Origin: Mayamaea pseudoterrestris
Lineage: Eukaryota
DNA: 64,000 nucleotides
Reading direction: 5' to 3'
Assembly: GCA_027923505.1 (NCBI GenBank)
Contig: BROI01000031.1
Coordinates: forward strand, 1-64,000
The notes beneath the pieces are model-generated. The model was given only the letters and a program-made list of their open reading frames with translations, did not search any database and was not told the DNA's origin. The translations under genes were made by a program, and so were the position numbers. This document shows, piece by piece, positions 34,406 through 47,260 of the stretch. Each line of letters opens with the position of its first letter. Position 1 is the first letter of the stretch.

Positions 34406-37400
34406 ATGGCATACAGCACTGCTCATCCTCCCGAGCCGCTGCATTTAACGCCAGAGCAGCAGGTTGCCTACGACGCCGCGCAAACATGCATGACGAACGA
34501 CTCTCTCCATTTCGTCGACGAGGAAATTTTGAAAACACCCTCGATTGTGCCTCTGATTTCGCTGCATGATTTTGTAACGAATAACAATGAAAGTGCGACG
34601 AATACGTTTTCCGTTGTCAGTGTCACGCATGGATTGCAGGCGTTGAGCGACGCCCTAAACAAGCTTCCAGTCGATGACGCACTCTTGGTGCAGCAGGAGG
34701 AGGAGCAGCAATTCTTTCAACATGTTTTATTGGCCAATGAGCTTGTCAAAATTATCACTAATAATGAAGAAGCAAGTAATGATGAAATAAATATGGAGCA
34801 GCAGCAGCAGCAGGAGATTATTGGAGGTTTGCAAGATGAAAGTGAACGCAACAATCAGCATGCTAAAACGACTGCATCTACTGCAAAAGACGCTCGCACA
34901 ACTACTACAACTCCAAGTCTCTTGACAAATTTCTTGACGCAACTGGATCAATCGGTCAGCGTCCCCCGCCGCCAGGTCTGCCAGCATCCCTTTAAACGCA
35001 ACGACATTGTCTGGGTGTGTCGCACCTGCCAGGCGGACGAAACCTGCGTTCTTTGTCACGACTGTTTTAAGCAGAGCCACCACGAGGGACATGATGTGGC
35101 CTTTTACCACGCGCAGGCGGGAGGTTGCTGCGACTGTGGAGATGCTGATGGTATGTTTTATCGATGCTTTGTGTTTGTGTTTTTGTAGAAAAATGCAATT
35201 CCAATAATATCCTTGTCTCATCTTCCACGCAGCTTGGGACCCGGCTGGCTTTTGTCCGCACCACGGACCACCCTCCGGCGACGACAACAATGACCATGAA
35301 AGCAGTACCGTCTTGTCGCCGCAAGTCATGGAGCGAGTTCGTGGCGTCGTTCCAGCCACGGTGGATTGGATGGTGCAAGTAATCGTCAGGCAGGCGCAAG
35401 TGGCGTACGCGAGGACGCATCCACATGATAGGAGAGACGACGAAAACAACAATCTACCTTATAATCAGCAATCTGCAGTGCGGCGATTGAGTGCGGGTGG
35501 AGAAAATGTTTCGGTAGGTTTGGCCGGTGATTATGACGAACAAGCTGGCTTGCAGCGATCATACTCGTTGCCCGATCATGCGTCCATGCACGACAATGAC
35601 GATGCAGATGACAATTACGACGACGACATGGTCATGGAGACAAACGAAGGTACAGACGCAGCGACAAGTGCCTCATCCTTGGAGCATGCTCCGCTGGTAT
35701 TTTCGCCAGCTGCGGCGAGTGCGAATCGATTGGCGCGGCAGCAGCGACGTTTGGCGCGAATGGACGAAAATGACCATGATGAGACAGGCATACGACTGGC
35801 GCAATCATTTGATGTCGGACGCTCCATTAGCAACGAGCGCTTCTTGATGTCGGAATCATCGCCTCCGTTATTGCTTGGACGAGCTGGTGCGAAAAGCGGA
35901 GGACTATATATAATCTTGTTTGCTGATGACATTCACTCGACACATGATTTGTTTGCCGCGCTCAAGGATTTCCTATGGAGTAATGTTGGTGACGATGCCG
36001 GAGCTAGCAGCTTGCGGGCTATGAGTGGCCTATTATCAATTGACGCGCACTTGACCAAACTTGTGCGAGCGCTGCGTCAACATGGGCATTTGGTTGTTTG
36101 GGGCCAGAAGGAGTTTGCAACGGAATGTAACATGACCCAAATGCAGCTTTGGATGGATGGCGATAAGGTGGCATCGACGCGGATGGGAGCCATTGCGTTG
36201 GAGCGAGCGAATCGTTTGACCAAGCACGGACTCTTTTGCAGCATTGTCACACACGCCGAGTTAATGGTGGAACAACGAGCGGTGCACGTGCTGCAGTGGT
36301 TGTCGGCACTGGCAAAGAGTTGTGATCCACTGTGTAGGGCAGTTGCGGAAAGTATTCTCTCCAATCGGCATTTGGTTCCGTTGCTTCAATCGGATTTCAA
36401 AGTCAGTGCGAGGGTCACGAAACGTTGGTACTCTTTGTTGCTGACGCTGCTTGCCGTACCGACGTTCAAGTCTCATTTGGCGGCCGCCTACTGCGATACC
36501 TATCAGTTTGTGACGGCGAAGTATGCTCGAGGAATGGGAGTTTTGGAACGGAGCGGATACACATTGTCGGTTCAATTCTTGAATCGAGTGGCATACGTGG
36601 TGGACTTGGTGCAAAATAGAGACCTTCTTGGGATATTGGGCAAATCAATTTTGGAGACGCTAAAAATCGCAGTTCTTCCAGGATCGAATCCATGTCGACT
36701 TGATCCGCAACATCCAGTCTTGTCGCATCGCCGCTACTCTCCTTGCATTTCAGATCTGAAATGCGTCTTGAACGTCAAGGGCATGCCTCGTATTTTCGCT
36801 TGCCAACAAGCATCATTTTTGAATGATTGGATTGCCGCTTTGAGCGCAGCACAGTTTATGGATTCGCATGTCTGGAGACATTGGTCGCAGGGTCATGTGG
36901 AGAACGAATCTCGAGGTTGGGTCAGTGCATTCAATGCAAGCATATCGCTCGGCAGTCTGTTTGAAAGGTTACTTGGGTGGCAGGATGAGGAAACGTCGCC
37001 AATCAGCAATCCAAACTCACCGTATTCATCAGGGTTGCTCACTTGTGCCGAGGTGACGTTTTACATTCTCGTGAATGGTTTAATGCCATGGCAAGGGTGC
37101 GAAATAAGGTATAACCAGTCGACGCCGTACAATTTACTGTCAGAGCCGCACAAGTATGCTTCCAAATCGCTTCCCTTTTCTACGGTCGCGTCGGCGCATG
37201 GAACGCCGATTGAATTTACGCAAATGCTAGTGTCGCAAGTTACAGCATTCAGCTTCCACATGCCCTTGCACAGGTTTGTGGCAAGCTGTCTACGTGAGCT
37301 TGCTCTTCGCCTTGACGATGAAGTGAGCGGGCTAACCGCTTTGAAACGAATGATAAAAAGTCGGATGTCTCAACGCCTCGTCGATGAATTTTACTTGGGA

Positions 37401-40400
37401 TTGATGGAGTTTCCGATGCTTGTACTTTCTCGAGCAGCTCAAGTGCGCGCTGGTTTGTGGCGCAGGAATGGTCAGAGTTTAAATGACCAGGTTTTGAACT
37501 ATGCAGAGCCTCCTTTTTGCCGAACGATGCGTGACGCGGACCTACTGCTCCTTCAATTTGCCGTGATGGGGATGGACAATGGGTCTACGGACGTGGCGAT
37601 GTCAACGTTTGTGCACTTACTGCTCCATCGCCTTGGCTTGTTTCATTTTGTTGGACTCGCAGAAAGCTCTAACAGAGATATTGCTCGGAGAAATGAGGAA
37701 ATGGATGCGGGCCTTGAACACAGCAAATCCAGTGTCAAAGAAGGAAAAGAGGATAACGCTATGCACTCGCTGCCATGCATATACACACCGTCGCGTCAAA
37801 CAGCGACGTCAGTTGCGTTGCTGGAAGAATTTTTGCACACGGTTATCATGTTTAGCTCAGAGCTAGCGCTCATCCCACCGCTGAACCGTGAGGATCACAC
37901 TCGACAGGCGCAGTGGAAATTGAATCGCGAGATTATCCACCGGTTGGCCTCAGGTTCCAAGACTCATTCTGAAATGTCGGAGGTGACCCATGTATTATCG
38001 TACTGGGACAATACACTGTTGAATGATCAAGGGAAAGAGATAAACCCTGACGATGCGAGTGGTGCTGCGCTCAACATGGTTCTGTCGGATGTGGCGCAGC
38101 GCAAATCCAGTCGCGATCGGTTAGAACCTGACAAATGGGAGCTTCACCGCGATTCTTGGGAATCATACGATCCTGCCTTTTTTCACATAAGCCTTCGAAG
38201 CCACCAGACAGCGGCTGAGAATCGCCCAAAACCTGCGGTAGACGTTCAAAACTCGTTTGGTTGGAAAGCACGACCATACGCTCCAAGTCCGAGGGAAGCG
38301 CACCCATTTTTCCGGAGACTTCGCCGTGACATTAGCGTTGACGCTACTACTCTCGCTGTTGTTTACAGAGTATTGCATTTGCACTGTAGAAAAGCTTCAG
38401 AAAAGGAGTTGGCTGGATTGCATGGTTCCGCCGCATATGAGTTCATGGACCCTAGCGAAACAGCTCTCGCACGAGCTCTCAATTTCTTGACCCTCGGTGC
38501 TTATGCATGGGCTGGCGCCGACTCATACGATCGCGATTGGAGAGCTCAAGGTGGCGGTTCGCTTGGAAGTGTATACTGGGCTCGTGGAGATGGTCTTTCG
38601 TCGCCGACAGCAGATGATTGGATCTGCGACGCACTCCTTGCTAATCCAGCGAAACTGATGGACAGTGATTGGTACGAAGGCGAAGAGAGCGCTTTAATTT
38701 TGCTACGGCGACTAGCTATTAAAGGAGGTAGTCCTGGTGTATTCGTTGCGCAGGACCCTGCCGTGCGAGCTGGTGCTGCATGGCTATGTAACTTTGCTGT
38801 CAGCGTTTCGGAAAGTGCACGAGCGGTGATTGGTCCAAGCCATAAACCTGTATTATCGTCCAAGGGCGGAGACGTTAAACTTGAATCGGAAAGGAATCGA
38901 CGCCGACGAGAGGCAAAAGAAAAGGCATTGGCTCGCATGAAGGCACAAGCAGCGAAGTTTTCAACAATTATGGACTTGGACGAGAGCGAGGACAACGGCG
39001 ACCGATCTGTCGACATCTTTAATGTGCCTGACACACCTTCCCGGCCAGTTCGATCAGAGAGTGCAAATTCGACGTTAAGTTCGTCATCCAATGCCATGTC
39101 GGTCTCGTATTCCGAGTCAGGTGGCCCACTCCTCCCCGTAGAACCAGAAGTTTCGGACACTCAGGTAATTTCACCTCGTCTCTTGAGCGAACGTCCTCGT
39201 TGTATTATCTGCAACGACGAAGACGCACCGGAAGCTCGAATGTTGGGGGATACTGCGATCGAAAGTCACAGAAAACGTAGTCGACGAAGGACGGAGAGTG
39301 CACTCGCTCTCGTCGGATATGCCCAGGCGAGTGTTGTGCTTAAGGGTGGCGGAGGGCCTCTGCCAGACATGTCTTCGCCGCTATCACCAGTCGCTGAGTT
39401 TGTCGGAACGCATGTCACACTTTGTGGGCACGCTGTGCACAGCGACTGTTGCGAGTCGTACTTGTTGAGTGTTTCTAACCGTGATGACCGGAGTGTTGGA
39501 AAGCGTGACGAATTCCGTTGTCCACTCTGCCAAGGACTGAGCAATATTCTTGTCCCTTTCATCGACGTCGGAGCTGATTGGCTTGGGCCGTATTCAAGTG
39601 CAATCAACGAAAGTATTGAAGGAAATGCAATGGAGATAGTAAGCCAGGAAATATTTCAGTCGCTTGGTGTTTATCTTTCCAACACGCCTTGGTGGGTGCG
39701 CTCGGAGAAAATACTCTGGGATGGGCACAGCGCGTTCATAGAGAAGGAAAATAATCAGCTGCGTTTTGATCCTGACCTAAAATTGAATGCAACCAAGAGA
39801 GCAGTGACTTTTCGTTCTTTAAAGAAGCACGATCTGTATGTAGCTTGGAATACTGTTATGCGCACACCAAGATTTTTTCGGTCGAAGCTTCGCCCTCGCC
39901 AATCTACATTGCGGAACGAAACCACCGCTCATACTCTAGAAGTGGAAGCGGAAAGGGAAGAATCAACTGGCGAGACGGTAGTCTGGCGTCGGCTGATGGA
40001 CCAAGTGTCGGATCTGACCTATCGAGCTGACAGTAAACGACTTGGCGATGATCGTCTGCATTCCTTGTTTGGAGAGTTTCGGCACTACATTGTGGAGAAA
40101 TACGCCTATAACATAAGCATGGCTTCTCGTTTGAGTATCAGCTCACCGATCGACGTAAGTACTCTTGTTGTTCACCATTTTCATTTAACATTACAATTTT
40201 CGTCTTCTAAACCATTATATTTTTCAACGAGTGCAGTGGCCTTCGTGTTTGTTCAAAGAAAATACAATCACCGATATCCAGCGTCAAGAAATGTCGCGCG
40301 AGAAACTTTTATCCAAGCTTCTTCTCACAATACAAGCACTTACGTATACTATATGCTGCGAGTCAATTGAAGCGAAGCGAGTCTTCAGCAAGGCGACAAC

Positions 40401-42114
40401 TGATTTGGAACGGGCTTCAGTTATGTCTAAATTCGGCATGGACAATGTCGTGTGCGATAACTTGCTTCTAACTCTGCCAAAAGCTTCTACTGTGCTCGAC
40501 GAGGGACTACAACCTTTTTCTGGACGATTGGGCAGACTCAGATACTTTGCGCTTGCCACCATGGCGGCAGCTGGTGCTGTGGCACTTGATCTTGTGCAAC
40601 TCGTCATTTCATTTCCAACTGAACTAATATTGGACAAGATGCAATCTCCGCTTCGCTGCCCTATTGCTTATCCTTTATTGCTTGGCCATGTTCTGACGCA
40701 CGTTACTGCTGCAATTTGCGCAATTTGTGGAAGGAAAAGAGCATTGTGTGATGGGTTGGAAGTACAGTCACCGCGAATCGGGCGGGATACTACTGCAGGC
40801 ACAGAGTATGAAATAATAACATCTAGTTTGTACGAAGATTGCGTGGAATTCGTGAAGCTGGGGTTACTGGCACGCATACTTCAGACGTTGCTTGGGAAAC
40901 TGCAATTTCCAACCATTGGAGTGAAAAGCCCACTTGCGGTAATTGCTCACTTGCAAAAACTTTCTGAGAGCTTGGGAACTTTCTGCCCGTCGGAAGAATC
41001 AAATTGGATTTGTGTTTGTGTTGGTCTCTTACGTGGTGCCATTGGCGGGCAAATATCGGAAAATTGTCTTGAGATGACGACTGGACAAGCGCTCATTACG
41101 CAAGACGATTTGAGGGATGCCTGCAATTGGGCGCGACTTTCTGCATGCAGTTTTCTTGGGGACTTGGGCTCCATTCTTCAAGTAATGGTTCCTGGACTGT
41201 TGAGCGACTTTGACACTCATCGTAACGCACAAGATTGCTCAACACTGGATAAGCTACTCTACCACTTTCGTATCGAGCCGGTAACTGAAATGATCGATTC
41301 GCCGGTGGTTCAAGCCGTCGTCTCGCATTGGTACATATCAGCGTGCGCTCATGAGCGGCAAGTTTTTAGCGCGATGGGATCATCAAACGCCGGAGATGAA
41401 AAGATACTGAGGCGACGCTTGTTTCGAACCGAGGGCTATCGCTCTGTGGATTGGCCACTGACTGGTGGTGCGTACAACAATGTCCATGATCAAGCAAACG
41501 AAGCGAAGGACAACGCACTCATTTCTCAAGTTGAGACTGGCACACCGATGCAAATTGAGGTTTCAACACCGGAGAAACCAACAATTAACATTTTGCGTAG
41601 ACAACAGGTTCCAGTCAGTGCCATTAACAACATAAAGAAAAGTGCGCCGCTACTTGGCGGCTTTCTCAACTTGCGTGTGCAAAGTCAACAAACTCGCTCA
41701 AGACCTCGAGTATCTCTGATCCCAATCGCATACACGGATCTCTATGCTGAACTTGGTTCTAAGCTGGCAAACTGCGAGCAGATTGCTGTTTGCTTGGTGT
41801 GCGGCGAAGTTTTGAATGCTAGTGGCAAAGGCGAATGCACGCGACACTCGTATTTCTGTGGAGCAGGTGCTGGAATTTTCTTTCTCCTGCAAGAGTGTAG
41901 TGGGCTTATCATGCACAAGTCGAAAGCTGCTTACATACACAGTCCGTATGTTGATACTCACGGCGAAACACCGCAGTTTCGTGGACGGCCGCTCAACCTG
42001 GATCTCAATCGGTACGAACATTTTCGTGAAATGTGGCTAGGCCATGGCGTACGTCAAATGGTTGTTGCCGAGCGCAGCAATAGCCGCCAAGTCATTCTTA
42101 ATGATTTCTATTAA
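34406..42114 (+). CDS. UBR-box/RING E3 ubiquitin ligase (N-recognin, UBR1/PRT6-like); exons 34406-35150, 35233-40154 and 40237-42114
   Basis: UBR box CRTC...CVLCHDCF..H.GH...GGCCDCGD-AWD...FC.HH, split RING (CIIC...CGHAVH..C...CPLC), and C-terminal CLVCG...SPYVD.HGE; canonical introns. Confidence 0.93.
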
Positions 42115-42301
42115 CGGCATGGACTATACGTTGAGTGCGCCTTGGACGCTCCTTCTACATACATTGTAGTGGTAAAGAAGGATAACATTAATTTATGCAG
42201 TGATGCGCTTACAAGTATGCTTATTACACTCCAAGAATCTGCAAATGTATATTTAAACCCCGAACAGACAAGCTCACCCCAGTGACTTTTGTAAACATGT
42301 C

Positions 42302-44400
42302 CTACGCTTGCTCAACGACGGAAAGCTCAACAGGTTGCGACTTGGTTCCGAGCCCCAACCCCAAGGTGTTCATGAGCGGGCACATGCGCCCAAGATCGAG
42401 CTCTTGCTTGGCTGTGATGATGCCAAACTGGGGCAAAGTGAACTTCCAAGTGCTGTCGAGACCGAAGCGTTGGAACAGGGTCGCGCGAGTGGTGGCAAAG
42501 CAGCTATCCTGCGGAATCTCAATCACACCCAGTTCCTCTCGAACGTCCTCGTCCGACATTTTTGTCTTGAAAATGCGAACGACAGCATGCTCATCACCTG
42601 TGGTAGCCGCAGCGGCTTCCTTGTTCAGCTTGGATACCATCTCCTGAACAATACCTCCACCTTTGGACTTGATTTCGCTCTCGGAGACGAGAAGCTCCGA
42701 TTTGACGGACGTTGGTTCTCCAAACCCGCGATTGACATGAATTAAGGTGCACTGCGCAACGTCGAGCATTTGGTCAATGTCTACGCCAGGATGCAACAGG
42801 CCTTGAGCATTCAAAAGCGAAATGCTGTTGGCTGAAACGTTCCACTTCTCGGCCAAATAGCGCGTGTATCGACGCTTCATGCTCGAGTTCCAGCGATTCT
42901 TGATGGTGAGTTCGGATCGGCTTGGAAGAATCGTGAGCTGCATGAGACGCCAACGAGTGCCATGCTTTTTGATGAACATGATGAGCTTGCGGTCCTCTTC
43001 GCGCGTCCATGGCGTGTTGCAATGCTTGGTCAGGGCCGGATCTAAATGGTTGAGCCATCGATCGCGGCACTGCTTCGAGTCACGCTCCGGCATGAGTCTG
43101 TGTAATAAAAAATGAGTAGTTCATTGTGTGAGCGTCATGATTCGAGTAGCATAATAGTGTCTTGCGTTACACAAGTTGTAGTATGTACTCACCGAGCGAC
43201 ATCCGTCCAGTTGCACTTGCGTATGCCGTTAGGATCAAGCGCAGCGACAATGCTCTTGAGGCGTTCATCCTCCTCGTCCGTCCACGTGGTTCGCTTGCGG
43301 CGAACGTTTGGACATGCCGCCATGAGCTCCTTTTGAATGACTTCTGGCGTCAAATCTTCCAGTTTGATGACCTTTGGAGCAGCAGCTTGTTCGACGACAG
43401 GCTGTGGTGCGGGTGCGGCGACTAGTTTCGGCTCGGCTACTGGCGCAACTTCCACTTGCTGTTCCACAACCTGCACGTCATCGTCTTCCTCGTCATCAAA
43501 CGACATTGCTAATGGAATAGCAGCAGGAGCAGCTGGCCTGTTATTCGCCGCAAGCATCCAGGCATGCTTTTTACTCTTGGCCTGCTCGCGCCGATACTCG
43601 GCCTCCAAACGCTTGAGTCGTTCCTCGTCATCCTCCGTCCACTCCTCCGCGTCGTTCTTGACGGGACGTCGTTGGTGACGAGAGGCGGCAGCTGCAGCAG
43701 ATGGTTCGGCGTAGTGAGAATGATGCGGCGGCGGTGGAGGAGGATGCGAGTACATGCCAGGAAAGCAGTTTCCAAACATGTGCGACGGTGGACGCATCGG
43801 AGGAAGCGTCGGCCACATCCATGCGCTTGGTGGTGGTGGAGCAACCATGTGATGATGATGATGCGCATGATGGGGTGGAGGGTGCTGGTAGGCGGAATGA
43901 TGATGATGATGATGATGAGGCGGAGGCATGGGATGACGAGAAGCGGCGGCGGCAGCAGCAGCTGAAGGAGCATGTTTGCGAGTGGGAACAACGGCTGACT
44001 GTGAGCTACTCTTGTTGGACGGACCAGCGGCGAATCTCTTTTGTGTCTTGGCGAGAGCCGGAATGATTGACTTGATGCCTTCCTTGACCGTCTTGATGCT
44101 TTCACCAACAGTAGTCGCTGCAGTCTTTTTCTTTGGCTGCTGCTGCTGCTTTGGCTTTTGCGCGGAAAGTCCCATGGCAAAGATTGGAGGCACTACCGGA
44201 GGAGCTTCATTTTCATCTCGTCGCGCAAGACCAGTGAGTGCGGACGCTGCCTCCTTCATCTTGAGCGCGCTTTCGACCGTTTGCTTCTTCTTGGGCGGCT
44301 GCTCCGGAAGTTCCTGCGGCGCAGCTTGATGCTTGAGATTGGTCATGGCTGACGCCGCCTTCAAGCCAAAGGGAGTGATTGGTGACTGAATGTTGATCAT
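42302..44400 (-). CDS. R2R3-type MYB transcription factor; exons 44400-43193 and 43097-42302 (alternative start 44502)
   Basis: WTDEEDERL...W..VAR-LMPERDSKQCRDRWLNHLDP...WTREEDRKL...IKNRWN; His/Pro-rich N-terminus; GTGAG...CAG intron. Confidence 0.92.
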
Positions 44401-44833
44401 GGTGCAAGCAAGTCTGTCGAGAGAAAATGATTTGTGGAAGGAGGGAGGGAAAAACCGCGGCGACGGTTTGTTCATCTCATCGCTCAAAATGTGAGGATCC
44501 ATTCATCGCCAAAGTGTGTTGAAACATTTAGCCATTCAGTTTGCAGTGTGACACGGTCGGCTTGAAGATACCATTCGCTTCCGACGTTAATTTTAATACC
44601 GCTCTAGGTAATCGAGAAACAGTCCGAAACGGTTCCGAGTACCGGTCGGATTCTCGTGCTGGAAGTGCCACGTCACTGCATCAAGGATTCGATCACGCAG
44701 CTGCATGGCGCGCGGCAAACACACAATTCGAAGGAGGAAGGTGCCGTCCGAACTTGCTTACTCACTTGCCTCTCTACTTGGGAGGTTCTTCTATCTGTGT
44801 TTCCTACATTTGCATACATAGTTACTGTAGTCA

Positions 44834-47200
44834 ATGAAGTCATTGTCGCTAGCGATCTTGGTCGTGGCGTCGACAAACTCGCGCTACGCCAATGCCTTTG
44901 CACCCGCCTCCATGTTCGTCCATCAGCAGCCCTCGACGACTGCACCTGTAGCTGCATCAATCGCAGTCGCTCGACGCCAAGACGTCTCTCTGCAAGCCGG
45001 CGCTGGTTTTCTAGGAATGGACGATTCGTCCAATGAGGAGGAAGACGAGGAAGAGGACGATGAGGAAGATTTTGATTCCGACGATGAGGATGACGATGAC
45101 GACGAATTTGGCTACTCGTCGCGCTACTCTTCCGGGCGGTCTCCCTTTACGGGCGCGCGCCTGGATCCGTACGATCCAAATCCTCTCATCAAGCCGCGGC
45201 CGTCGCGCTACTTTAAAGAGGAGTCGACGAAACCAGTCGTTCCGGACGATCAGCTGGTCCAAAACTTGTCGCAGGATGAGCGAGGAGAAAATCTAAAAGT
45301 CATGCGCAAGATCAAAAAGAACGACTTGCCAGACTTGCGTCTCCGCCGGGACCATGCCGGCTGGGTCGAAGCGAACAACGACTTGAAGCGTCGCACGTCA
45401 AAGGATCCATGGTTCGGCATCAACGAGCGCCTCCGCGAAGCCATTCAAATGGGTGCGCCCGACAACGAAGTCGCGTCACTCCAACGACTCGCCGAGCGCC
45501 TCGGCGGACCTCCACCCGGAATCACCGTTCCACCCCGCGGTTACGTGTTATACACCGACTTGTTTGACATTCCCATTTCATCCGGCCGCGTGGCGTCCGC
45601 CATGGAGCGCCAGCTGCGCGAGCAGCGCGCCGCCATTGGACGCATCATGCGCGACGAGCGCAAGCGCAACATCAAAAAGGAAAAGCGACAGTATGAGGAA
45701 GACATGCGGCTGCCGGGGTTGCGCGACGAGCGGGAGGCGCGGGAGCGGCGGGAAAAGACCATGCGCAAGCTGCTTTCGCAAGTCGAGGAAGACAACAAGA
45801 AAAAGGCGGAGCGAGCAAAGGAGTTGCTTGGAAAGCTTCCGGAAGCACCCGAGAATCGAAATGATGCCATGGAAAAGGCACTGGCGGAAGCGCGAGAGGA
45901 AGTCAAGAAGTTGAGTCGACAGGCTCTGGGCAAGGCGCCGAGTGCGTTGGAGGCAGCGGCGGCTGCATCGTCATCGGCCTCGTCGATTGACACGCCAACC
46001 ACTGGTGCGGCAGCGGCGCGGGCGCAAGCGGCGGCAGACGCTGCGGGAGGAAGACCTCGGCTGCCTGGTGACTTGGACATGGCTGACGGAGTTTTGGATG
46101 ATTCCATTCCCATTGAACCTTCGTCGTCCATGGTCACTGGACCTCTTCAGGTGGATGTCAGTTCGTCCTACAACAATGAGCAATCGGATCCGCCTATGCG
46201 CAAGCACTGCTTCACCTACACGATTCGGATTACCAACAAGTCGGCGTCAGATACCATTCAATTGCTCGGTCGTCGTTTCGAGATCCAAACAGTGGCAAGC
46301 AGCATGAAGGACATTGTGCAGGGTGAAGGTGTCACGGGTCGCACTCCCATTCTAAAGCCGGGTGAAGTATTCGAGTACACTTCGACGGCGCCACTGAGTG
46401 TCCGGCCAATCGCCACCACCATTATCGCGGCGCGCATGCAGGGCGAGTATCGCTACGTGGTGCTCAAGGATGGACAACAAGTGGCGTCGGAGGAGCAAAC
46501 CAAGGCCGGAGGTGATGCACAGGCCAAGCTTGGCATGTTTCATTTCATTTTCCCCGAGGACCAGCGCGTCAAGCCATACATTTCGGCTGACTATGATGAT
46601 GACGAGGAGGATGAAGATGACGAGGACGACGAGGATGACGATGGCAAGCCCTCTTCGAAAAAGGCTGCGACGACGGCGCCATCGGTGAGTCCATCCACAT
46701 TTCCCACTACCACACTCCCCGGCGACAAAGACTTGGTGACGGGCGACATTGCCTGCGCATTGAATGATTCCTCGGAGGAAGTTTCGGATGACGTGAGGGT
46801 CACGGTCAGTTCCACATACCGACCCGAGCGGTCGGACGAAGCTCTTGGCAAGCATGTGTTTGCCTACAACATTCGCATCAAGAACGAATCCAAGGATCCG
46901 ATCCAACTCGTGTCTCGTAGATTTGAAATTCAAACAATTGGAAGTCCTAGCAAGGATGTCATTCAGGGAGCTGGTGTGACTGGTCGCCAACCCATACTTA
47001 AGCCGGGCGAAAGCTTCGAGTACACCAGTACAGCACCGTTGAACGTCAAGCCCATGCTTGAAAAGACGCCCGTTGTTGGTCGCATGCAGGGCGACTACAG
47101 CTTCACGCGATTGGCGGCCGATGGGACGACACCGCTGAGCTCGGATGCGTTGAAGGCCAAGCTTGGTGTCTTTCATTTTATCCTTCCATCGTTGGTATAA
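44834..47200 (+). CDS. Putative plastid-targeted protein with coiled coil and two tandem ApaG domains
   Basis: Signal peptide ending ANA-FAP; two copies of F.Y.IRI.N....IQL..RRFEI...G.GVTGR.PILKPGE.FEYTS. Confidence 0.88.
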   Translation: MKSLSLAILVVASTNSRYANAFAPASMFVHQQPSTTAPVAASIAVARRQDVSLQAGAGFLGMDDSSNEEEDEEEDDEEDFDSDDEDDDDDEFGYSSRYSSGRSPFTGARLDPYDPNPLIKPRPSRYFKEESTKPVVPDDQLVQNLSQDERGENLKVMRKIKKNDLPDLRLRRDHAGWVEANNDLKRRTSKDPWFGINERLREAIQMGAPDNEVASLQRLAERLGGPPPGITVPPRGYVLYTDLFDIPISSGRVASAMERQLREQRAAIGRIMRDERKRNIKKEKRQYEEDMRLPGLRDEREARERREKTMRKLLSQVEEDNKKKAERAKELLGKLPEAPENRNDAMEKALAEAREEVKKLSRQALGKAPSALEAAAAASSSASSIDTPTTGAAAARAQAAADAAGGRPRLPGDLDMADGVLDDSIPIEPSSSMVTGPLQVDVSSSYNNEQSDPPMRKHCFTYTIRITNKSASDTIQLLGRRFEIQTVASSMKDIVQGEGVTGRTPILKPGEVFEYTSTAPLSVRPIATTIIAARMQGEYRYVVLKDGQQVASEEQTKAGGDAQAKLGMFHFIFPEDQRVKPYISADYDDDEEDEDDEDDEDDDGKPSSKKAATTAPSVSPSTFPTTTLPGDKDLVTGDIACALNDSSEEVSDDVRVTVSSTYRPERSDEALGKHVFAYNIRIKNESKDPIQLVSRRFEIQTIGSPSKDVIQGAGVTGRQPILKPGESFEYTSTAPLNVKPMLEKTPVVGRMQGDYSFTRLAADGTTPLSSDALKAKLGVFHFILPSLV

Positions 47201-47260
47201 CTTTAGCTAAGTTAAAATCTTTAATCTATTTTGAAGTAGACAATATACAATAGATACAGT

